Positions 12,201 through 21,754 of a stretch of DNA of 64,000 nucleotides are shown piece by piece. The DNA is from Raillietiella orientalis (taxonomy: Eukaryota), in NCBI GenBank assembly GCA_036172245.1, contig JAYWIR010000011.1, positions 1,488,001 to 1,552,000 on the forward strand, written 5' to 3'. The first letter of the stretch is position 1; every line of letters starts with the position of its first letter. Both the position numbers and the translations under genes were made by a program. A model generated the notes under the pieces. The model saw only the letters and a list, made by a program, of their open reading frames with translations, was not told the origin of the DNA and searched no databases.

Positions 12201-15200
12201 ACCTGAAAGGGAAAAGAGGAGCGAAATTTAAGTGGCCTGTCTTCCGAACGGACGGGAGGGTGTGCGGAGGTGTGGGCAGGATGGAGATTCGTGCAGCGTG
12301 GGGAAGAATCACTCGAAAGGAAGCCTGCAAAGGTCAGGGGAGACGCCAGAGAGGTGTTTCCTCCCGGGCGATTCGAGTCGGAATCGGACCGGAACGGATG
12401 CCGAGGCTTCGAAGTGGTTGCCCCTCGAGCTGATGCAAAACAGCAGCAGCCGTGGCGGCGGCGGCAGCGGCGGTGGCGGCAGCAACAAACAAGAGGGGCA
12501 AAGGAAATGAGAGATCGAAAAAAAATCCTGTGGCTTGTCAGCAGCCCACGATGAGGGGAGGGACGGGAGCGCGGTGGTGACTGACTCGCGCAGGAGGATG
12601 GGAAACCCCGGACGGCGTTCTCCCGACTCCGGGAAAGGTGCGCGGTTCGACGGCAACGCCTTTTCTGGCTCCTCTCCCTGCTCTTCCCCCTCCCCTTCCC
12701 CCTCTCCCTTCATTTCACTGCTGCTGCCTGCACCGCTGGCAGAATGTCTCCGTTCGCGCCCATGGACAAACGTCTCATGGAGCGCGCACGGTTCGCCCCC
12801 CTTCCGGGAGGAGGGGGTACGGGAGGAGCCGGAAAGGGGAGGCGGAAGGTAGAAGCCGCCCCCAAGCGAAACCTCCCGGTCTCCTCGGAGTCTTCACCTG
12901 CTAAGTTTCGGGAAGCGCGCTCGCGGAAGTCCTCCTCTTTCCCATTTTTCGGGGGGTCCACGTTCTCCCTCTTGTTCCTGAACTCTTCTGTGCGCATGCT
13001 TGCGTGCGCCTGGGCCATCGGGAATAGTCTTCCTGCGGGACTCTTTCCTGGGCTAGACGAACACACCTGCCGCCTGGAGGCTTCGCAGGAGGTCCCCCCG
13101 GGAAAAAGGCGCAATCCGTCCGAAGTCTCGCGAGTGCCTTGCCCTTCCTTCTTCTCCTTCTCCTCTTCGTTCGTTCTGAGCTCAAAACAAAACAGATCTT
13201 GGTAGGAGGAGGAGGAGGACTGCTGCAAGGGAGAAAACGGTAGGAAGGAGAGAAACCTCCCGAAATTCACCTCCAACTCCTCCCGTCCGCTTTCACGAAG
13301 TCTTGGGACAGAAGGGAAGAGGAGAGAGGAGCCTTTTGCCACCTCCCGGAAGGTCTTTGATTGTTTCCACGCCTTCTCCTCTTCCGGAAGGCGAACCGCT
13401 GAGGAGGAGGAGTGGAGGCGAGGGAGGTGCCCGGTCCCGGCCTCTCGCTTCTTTCCGGGAGAGAGGTGTTCAGAGAGGGCGTCTCGCATGCAGGAGGGGA
13501 ATGAGGGGGCTAGCGTGAGTCTGCGCGTGACTCCGAGAGCTGAACTCCAACACGTGTCTTTTGTTCCGTAGGTACCACGACGCGGAGCATGCGAACCTGC
13601 TGAACACCATGTGGCTGGTGGCCATCACCTTTCTGAGCGTGGGATACGGCGACATCGTCCCGAACACCTACTGCGGCAGAGGGATAGCGGTGACCACGGG
13701 CATCATGGTAAGACGGGGAAGGGGCATCATTCGCCTCCTCCCTCCCGGAAGCGCTCACTGAAGAGAGCAGGGAAGTCGAGGGACTACGACCCTTACCGCA
13801 CACGGAAACGACCGATCCGATTTTTTCCTCTCCCTCGATCGCTGCTCCAGGGAGCATCCTGTCCTTCGTGGCCTCGCCCACCTCTTCTTCTGCTGCTGCT
13901 TCCCTTTCCCTAGACGCTTTCCGGTAAGCGCCCTCGTCCGCACCGGGAGCGCTCTAATCTGTGGGTGTGCTGCGAGAACTCCGCGACTGAGTCATCGAGA
14001 GACCCACCCGCCAGCCCCCAAAATAGGTGCAGAGCCTCTCGGGATCGAGACAGGGGGATGATCCTCTCTTCATCCACCGGTCCCGGTGCGATCCCCCTTC
14101 AGGAAAAGACAGCATCGCCGTACCCTTTAAAACATTCGGATCCCCGCCTGCTACTCTTTGTTTTCGTCTTCTCCAGTTTTCGCTCGTTCGTTCCTCCGAG
14201 TTTCGCGGCCGAAGAGACAAAGTCGCGTGCTCAGAGACTCCGCTCTTCCGTGCGGTTTTCTGTATGCCTAAGAGTTAGCCAGAAAGCCTCCCATCTTGCA
14301 TGCTGACCGTCTCTGCGGACATTCCTTTTCGTCAGAGGATCCGATTCGGTGCGGAGAAAACTGTCTTCTTCAATCGGTTCCTCAGGGAACGGGAAGCAAG
14401 TTCCCATCATTCGGTTTTCTCTCATGCGTGCGTCACACATTGAGTGTGCCATCAGTTCAATCCCAGTGAAATTGCCGTTGGCGTGCGATGGGCCCGCGAT
14501 GTTCTATGCTAACGGGATGTTCGTGATCCTCATTTCAACTAGGGGCGTTTACGCCGCCATTGGACCGAAACGAAACGCTCGCTTGGCTCTGCTTCTGTGT
14601 TTCCCCAGAGGGCGCCGTTCAGATTTTCCGTACGGGCGGCTTCCACGCGTGTCGGCCTTTTCAAGGAATCGTGGCTTGCCCATTGTTGATCGAAGGTTTC
14701 CGAGGAAACCTCGCTGTGGCGAGCGTTGCCCTCCGAAGCAATCACCGCTTGTCCATTGTTGATCGAAGGTTTCCGAGGAAACCTAGCCTTGGAGTTTACT
14801 GGTTTCCCGCCAAGCGGAGATGGAAACATCTTTCGGACACGCGACGGATCAGAAGTTTGATCAGAAGCTTTCCGAAAATTGCAAGCTCGCGCTCTTCTCT
14901 CGCATCTCTCCTGATGCTTCTCTTACACCCGCGACAACTGTACGGCTGCGTTTATCATCTCCTCGCCTCTTTTTCCCTCTTCTCCTCCGACAGCAGCTCC
15001 ACGTTCATCCCTTCCCCGGGTGAGTGGATCATCCCTGTCTCGGCGTCGACATAGCTTTCGTGCTCTTCCGAGAGCACCAAGCCGCAAGCACCTGTGAGCT
15101 GACGGATCTGGTGCGTCCGAAGGAGTTCAGCGTGAACACCGGGACTGACCCGGTAATTGGACCAGAAACCAAGTCCCAACTCGCGGAAGGATGCTTCTCC

Positions 15201-18200
15201 GGGATACTTAGCCATCTTTTCCTCCTCCTCCTCCTCCTCAGTTTGCAGCCCACTACACGAAAACACCCATGGAATGTACACTCGCTAGGTTCCGTACGGA
15301 GAGCGAGCGTGATACGGGTGGGAAATGGGAGGCGGAAGGAAGAGAGCAGCGGCAAGTGCCAACGACCCGTGCAGAGGATTGCCAATGCGCACTCGTTGGG
15401 CACTCACACCTGCGCCTCCGATGTTTCATCGATTTTGCCATCCTCAGGGAGCACCTATGTGGGGCTCCTGCTGGGGATCATCCGTGAGTGGGAGTGGATG
15501 GGAGGCGTGGAATCCATCTCGGGTGGGAGGCGGATGCCAAGTGGAAAGAGAGCATCGCCACCGGCATTACGACTCGGAAACTTCGGCATCGGGAACACCC
15601 AGCATCGCGTACCAGACTCGTGGTGCACCCCTAGGCTCTTACACCGTCATTGGTTCACGACAGCACTCAGCATATCAGCATTCAATTTATCGTCACCGGG
15701 TGCACCAATAGTGGGCAAATCTACGGTGGATACGTCGACAGGTAGACATGCCGGCAGTGGATGCACCAACTCCGGGTGAACCAGGGAGGAATTCCCCGGA
15801 AGCTGGGGGGGAGAGGGATAGGTGGCGCGGCGGCACGTGGTACACACTCAACACCGGAGCTCACCCACGCAGAGGGAGGGGACGCGATCGGAGAGACATA
15901 GCGACCATCAGCGCTCGAGGAACTGGCGATGCGGGGGCATTGGATTTGCCCAGCAGGAGAGGGGACGTCCTTGTGAAAGGGTCGGCGAGGACGCGGGGGA
16001 CCTCCCAGCGCGCCCTCCTCGGGCGGTGTCGGCAGCGTCGCCTGCCTGTGTTCCTTTACGCCGGACCCGAGGGGATGTTCCCCTCCCCCGCTGACTGTCC
16101 ACCTCACCCAGGGCGCTGGCTGCACGGCGTTGCTGGTTGCCGTGGTGTCACGGAAGCTGGAGCTGTCCCGAGCCGAGAAGCACGTCCACAACTTCATGAT
16201 GGACACCCAACTGACCAAAAGGGTAGGCGAATGCAGATTTGATCCAAAAAACAATGCACGTTTCGCATTCTCTATCCAATTCTTCCTAGTTACAATTATC
16301 TTCTTAATTTTCGATATTGAATTAGCCATTATCCTCCCCCTACCTCTCTTTCCACTATCCCTTACACTTTCTGCAACTATTGCATTGACATCATTAGTTC
16401 TTTTTTTAATCTCAGGATTAAAATATGAACTTTATACTGGATCCATCTCATGGATATTCTAAGACAAAAGTGATAACACAGTTAGTTTCGACCTAACCTT
16501 AAATTCGTCTTTCTCTACTAAACCACAGCATTCCCTCTTCACGAGCCTCTTCCGAGCCCCTTCTCCTCTAAAGAGGGGAAGGCCTCGGTCCCTGCCTCTG
16601 GCCCAGCTAGCTCACGCCCCCTTCCCCTCCATTCTAGCTGAAGAACGCGGCAGCCAACGTCCTCAGGGAGACCTGGCTGATCTACAAGAACACCAAGCTG
16701 GTAAAGAAGATCAACCCTGCGAAGGTGCGCGCACACCAGAGGAAGTTCCTGCTGGCCATATACAGGTGGGGGAGGTCGTACCCCATTGGGGGTGCTGGGG
16801 AGGAACTCTCCACCCTCTACCGCGCCATTGGGTGTGCTGAAGGGGCGAGAAGCGGCAGCATAACTGCCGAATGCGACGATCGCCTTCGAGACCGACGCGA
16901 TCACGCAACCCACACCGCTTTTCGGCCGCCCCGTCCCTATGGCGCGAGCGATCGCCATTGCGAGGAGCCGTCCCGCATATTGACTCCGCACCCGGAGAGA
17001 TCGCCGTCTCGGGGACCTCCCTGCCGCTCTCCCGCTCCAACTCCGGGCCGGTCCCTCTTCCTCTACCTTAGCTCTAACGGCCCCTTTCATCCAACCCTCA
17101 TCACCTTTCTTCCTCCTCCGCGCTCCCGCCCGAGACATCCACGGAAGAGGAAGTGAGGAGGGAGGAAGAGGAGCTCGATGCCCACGGTGGGGTCTGCGAA
17201 CTGCACACGCGTCGACCTGACACGTACAAGGAAGCGGTTGCCGGGAGACCGCTTCCAGGACGCCCCTTCCTCTTGCTCGAACGCTCCTCCGCCGCGAGGA
17301 TCGGGAAACCTCGCACGTTGAACCGCCAATCCTTCCGGGTTCCCCTTGCGTCAACTTGCAAAGGAGCGTAGGGGAAAAGAGGGCCGCTATCGACAGGAGA
17401 GGATGGGCGCCCGCATCGATGCTGCCTCTTCCAGCCCTCGGGTGACAAAGACGGACGAAGCACGCGCTCGAAGTACCCTTTTCCACTCTTTCTTCTCCTC
17501 CCTTCCTCCTTTCGTCCTCCTTGCTCGTTCCTTCCTTCCTCTTCCCTTCCCTCTTCTCCTCCTTTCCTCTCCTGTCCTCCCTGCTCATTCCTTCCTTCCC
17601 CCTCCCTCCTTTCCTCTTTTCCTGCTCCCTGCCCGCCTCGCGCCGATCACGGGATCCATTGGGACGCGAAGACCCAGAGTGCGCCCGCTGTCTGTCTCGA
17701 CGAACTCCCCTCTGCCTCCCTTCTCCCCAGCCTGAAGGCCACATGGCACGCCCCCCTACCCGATGGGAAGCGCCACGGCGGACGGCCCTTCATCCCCGAG
17801 GGCCTTGCTCCGCCACTGCTGCCCGGTCCACGACCTCGCGCAGGGGGTCGCCTTTCTCCCCAGGGAGGCCCACGAGGAGGCACGCGAGAAGAGAGGGAGG
17901 CGGATGAGAACCGTGGCAGGACCATCGCAGACGCCTCCTTCCTCCTGGCGAACTCCCAATCATGCGTTCCCTCCGTTCTTCTTCGGGTTCTTTCGGCACT
18001 CTCCTTGAGATCCTCCGGGGATGGGAGACTCTCATGGATGCTCACGAGAATACCTGCCGTGCCGATCCCTCCTCCCCTGCTCTCCATCACTTCGCCCACT
18101 CTTCGCCCGATTGGGCGGTCACGCTCCTCTTTTGGAGGCAGTAGGCGCTGGGCGATCGAAGCGCCGACCTCTCCTGCGGTACTGCGAGGTGGTCAGCCCT

Positions 18201-19923
18201 GGGGAAAACGACCGGGATACCGGCATTTCGTAGGGAGGAAAGAGTGGGCTGGACCCGAGTGGAGGGTGCAGTTGATTCGCTGCTCCCCCCTCCTCCACAC
18301 GCTCCCGAGCCGCGCCTGTGGACGAGATCCGAGCCCGATGGGTGTTCCTTCCGGCGGGAGCCTGCGGGGGTACCAAAGCGTGGCGACGTCTTCTCCAGGC
18401 GGGGAGTCCCACGCGCGGTTTCTGTTGCAGCCTGCGGAAGGTGAAGATGGACCAGAGGAAGCTGATGGACAATGCGAACACGGTCACCGACATGGCTAAG
18501 GTACGCGGCTGCCCGCCCACTATCCCCGTTGACGTCCTCACCATCTCCTCCCTCCTTCCCCGCGCGTCGGCGGCGATCCCCGGACCGGCAGCAGGTTGGT
18601 GGTGTGTGGTGCGGTTTCCCCGCGCGTCGGCCGCTGCGTCTCGTCGCGCCGCACCAATCGGCGCAAGACGGAGGGGGAGCGAGCACCAGGAGATGGGAAG
18701 GGAGAGAATTTCCCTCCCTTCCCTCTTCACTCTTTTCCCTCCCTTCGGACCTTCCCTCCTCCTCCTCCTCCTTTTCCTCACTTCCTCTTCCTTCACCCAT
18801 CCCCTCTTCCTCCCTTCCCCTTCGTACTTTCGTCTTCCTTTCCTCCTACTCCTCCTTCTCCTCCTCTCCTCTCCACCCTCCGTGCGCCGATCACGGGATC
18901 CATTGGGACGTTAAGAGCCAGAGGAGTGCCTCCGGGAGAACTCCTCTACGACTTCCCTTCCGGGTCAACCCCCGTCACCCCCCGACAATGAAGAGGAAGA
19001 CGAGTCGCCTGCAGGAGCGCCTTCCCTGGCGTAGCCAGGCACTGTACCAGGAGTTGGGCAATGCAGAGAGACCATGCGCACGAGCGACCTTCCCCGAGTT
19101 CCCGGAGACGGAGTGACCAGAGGTTCCCGAACTGCAGGAAACGCGTCCCGCCGAGGGGAAGCAAGAAAGGATGCGCCGGCGGTTGAGATCATCGGCTCCC
19201 TATCTCCCTCCCCCCTCATCCTCATTTCACGCCCTCTTGGGCTTTCTGCGATCGCAAGGCTCTGAGTTCTCCTCGAGTCCCGGGTAGGAAGGGAGGGGGG
19301 GGCACTCCCGAGCGGATGGATCGCGATCTCTGCCCACAGAGACGCTGCCTCCTCCCCGCGCGCCCCCGGACGGAATCAGAGCGAGAATGCAGTTCCCGTG
19401 CCCCTTCCCCTCCTCCCTCTCCCCTTACACCTTCTCCCACTCCTCCCTCTCTCCTCTCTTCCTCCTCCAGACGCAGAACACCATCTACGAAATCATTACC
19501 GACATGAGCAACCGGCAGGGGATGATCGAGGATCGCCTGAGGCCCATGGAGGAGAAGCTGAGCCGGGTCCACGACCAGCTGGAGGCTCTGTCCGCGTTCA
19601 TCGCGAGACTGTCAGCGTCCGGGGGACATCTGGACCACAGAGGCGAAGCTCGCGGCGGCAGCGGCGGCGGCGGCGGCGGCAAGTACCTGCACCCGGAGAG
19701 CGCCGCCGCCGCCGCGTCCCTCTCCAAGTTCGGCCACGTCCCTTCCCCCTTCCCCCCCTCGTCCCCTCCCGGCGTGAGCTCGCTGCCGCGGCCGAACTCG
19801 CTCCGCCCCCCGCAGGAGTACCAGCGCAGCGGCAGCATCCCGAACGCCGAAATCTTCCCGCCACCGCCCGCCACTCGCTCGAGCGGCCACGCCGGAGGAA
19901 GGAGGCGAGACGCCTACCAGTGA
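271..19923 (+). CDS. SK: Small-conductance calcium-activated potassium channel (SK/KCNN family), 5'-partial; exons 271-366, 6413-6834, 13572-13707, 16112-16222, 16638-16765, 18431-18500, 19471-19923
   Basis: Exons join with GT-AG and consistent phases. Motifs: S2 ([32 protein letters not shown]), S3-S5 (DDWRIA...[32 protein letters not shown]), pore [10 protein letters not shown]6 [31 protein letters not shown], calmodulin-binding domain [17 protein letters not shown]...[11 protein letters not shown]-terminal coiled coil; TGA at 19921-19923. N-terminal exons lie upstream of the window. Confidence 0.96.
14674..14787. repeat. Tandem duplication (period 73 bp) of a ~41-bp unit containing the palindrome AGGTTTCC-GA-GGAAACCT
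   Basis: GCTTG(C/T)CCATTGTTGATCGAAGGTTTCCGAGGAAACCT occurs at 14674 and 14747. Confidence 0.85.
16229..16462 (+). pseudogene. nad3: Nuclear copy of mitochondrial nad3 (NUMT), 5'-truncated, inside an SK intron
   Basis: Translation EC(AGA)[34 protein letters not shown]...[13 protein letters not shown] matches the ND3 signature ECGFDP...F.L.FFL...FLIFD.E...LP. The block is AT-rich and C>G skewed within GC-rich flanks, and its stop abuts or overlaps a tRNA as in mtDNA. Confidence 0.92.
16461..16512 (+). tRNA. trnR: Mitochondrial-type tRNA-Arg(TCG) lacking the T-arm (part of the NUMT; probably non-functional in the nucleus)
   Basis: Acceptor AAGACAA/TCGTCTT (6 of 7 pairs), D-arm GTG-ATAA-CAC, anticodon stem GTTAG/CTAAC with loop TTTCGAC (TCG at 16488-16490), and TV-replacement loop CTTAAAT. 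Confidence 0.85.
17640..18910. repeat. Dispersed direct repeat: two copies (17640-17666 and 18884-18910), each preceded by a ~160-nt polypyrimidine tract
   Basis: Identical 27-mer GCGCCGATCACGGGATCCATTGGGACG, with weaker similarity continuing ~60 nt downstream. Confidence 0.85.
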
Positions 19924-21606
19924 TGGTGGTGATGATTCATGATGGCGACTATAATGCTCGGACCCGCCCGGCGCACCAGAATGTGATCTCAGCAGCTGTG
20001 ATTAACCTGTGTTTCCGCATCCGGTATCTTATATCTAGTCTTCGACACACAGATATTTTTTTAGCAACAATATACGACTGTTATCTTTTGCGACCTTCCC
20101 GGTGAGTGGTATCCTAGGAAACGCCCCGGGACGGAAGTAGCGGCAGCGACTTCCTACGGAGGCTCCGTACCTCCTTGGGTTTCCTAGCGGAATTTTGTCT
20201 CCTCTCCTTCCCCTCCCCTTCCAGTCTCGGATGGCGCTGCCCTCCCTTGAGGACCGCGGGAGTGTGGACGAGACAACCGTGCCAGGCCTCCTCCTCCTCC
20301 TCCTTCTGCAACGCTGCAGCACCCACCAGGTGCGGCCCATCCGCTCCACCTCCACCTCTCGACTCTTGGGAAGGACCTCCCTCCGCCGCCTGGCACGGCG
20401 GTCTGTCCCCCACGAAAAGTCCGCGAGCGGTTGCTGCGGTTGCCCTTCGCCTCTACCCGACGGTAGAACCGCCCCGCTTCCGGTTGACTTGCCCGGTCCT
20501 CCGCGAACCCCCGCCCCGCATCCCCGACGCCGGAGGCTCGAAGAGAGTTGCACGGGAAGCACACTCCAGCCTCCGGGAGCTGGAACCTCCGTCTAGCGAG
20601 GCAGCCGGGTCCGAGGACGGATGGGTCGAGGGGATCCATCCGTCCTCGGACTCCGGAGCGAGCCGAGGACCCTTTGGAAGAGGAGGGGCAAGACCTTCGA
20701 AAGGGGGGGGAGGGAGCTGGGTGCAACTTCACCCGGAGCTGTCGGCGTGCGCAGATCCCGGAGGTGGTGGCGAACCCTCCAGAGCGATGCCTGGCGGAGA
20801 ACAGCCCCATGCCGACAGCCTCTAAGAGTGGTCTGCCCGATGGCAAGTCCATGGGGAAAGGACCGCGATCGACCCCAGGAGGAAGTCGACCGCCCTAGCC
20901 TGCGGCCTCGCGCAGGAAGACCAGGATCGGGTCAGAAAGCCGAAGGAGGGTGGCTAATGGAGAGGAGGATGAGTTAGTTACGCATCTTCGCGTTGGTGGA
21001 AAGCTCTGGATCGCTCCGGGCCGGAAACGAGCGTTCCAGGGTGGATCCAAGCGAGAGCGCCGCCTCTGGCAGGGGGGAGAGGGAAGATCGGAAGATCTGG
21101 ATACGGAGGCAGCAGGAGGTGAGGGTACGGGAAGCCAGCCGGTCCTCACTTCCACTGAGGTTGGCCGCCGCGCGCCCGGAACCGACGTTCCAGGAACTAA
21201 CTCCGCCGGCCGGTCACTCTTCCGAAGCGGCGCCACCCGGCCACGAGCAGCCCCTTCGCTCGTCTTCACACGCCTCCAGACGGAATCGATCCACATGGTG
21301 GTTCCGGTCATACACATCGGGAAATCTGGAGGTTCCGCGCCAAATGGAGGATTGCCGTCCCTGGCATTGCCCCTCCGTTTCCGGTTGCCTCTTTTCCTCG
21401 CGCTGGGGAGTCCCCGGCGTTCCCCGGAAGGGTTCAGGGGCACCTCAGGATTGAAAGGGGAGATCGCTCGCCTGCGCTTCCCACCCGTAACGACGACATC
21501 TGCGAGGATGCAGCAGCAGCAGGCAGAAGTCCAGCGTCCAGGCGGCGCAAAGGGGGAGCGAGCAAGGGCTGCCACGTTGTGACCACCTCTGACGGACGTA
21601 TCTCCT

Positions 21607-21612
21607 TTTATT
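21607..21612 (-). promoter_or_regulatory. Probable Homer polyadenylation signal AATAAA
   Basis: TTTATT on the + strand, ~145 nt past the Homer stop, in a short AT-rich patch. Confidence 0.5.
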
Positions 21613-21754
21613 TATGATGATGAGATGCCAGCAACGAACACACAAGTGATCGGACGAAGTCTTCCGGATGCTCGCTCCAAACAGGAAGGGAGGTCGCGTG
21701 GGGGCGACAGCCCGCCGAAAGGGGAGAGGGGGGGAAAACATGGGGGGAAGAGGT

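Noticed and set aside
16229..16246. AGA at the conserved Gly of ECGFDP as evidence for an AGR=Gly mitochondrial code
   Set aside because: Other glycines in the fragment use GGA; a single G>A change is more parsimonious.
19921..19935. Stop-codon readthrough at the SK TGA
   Set aside because: No TGA-CTA context, and further in-frame TGA codons follow after two codons.
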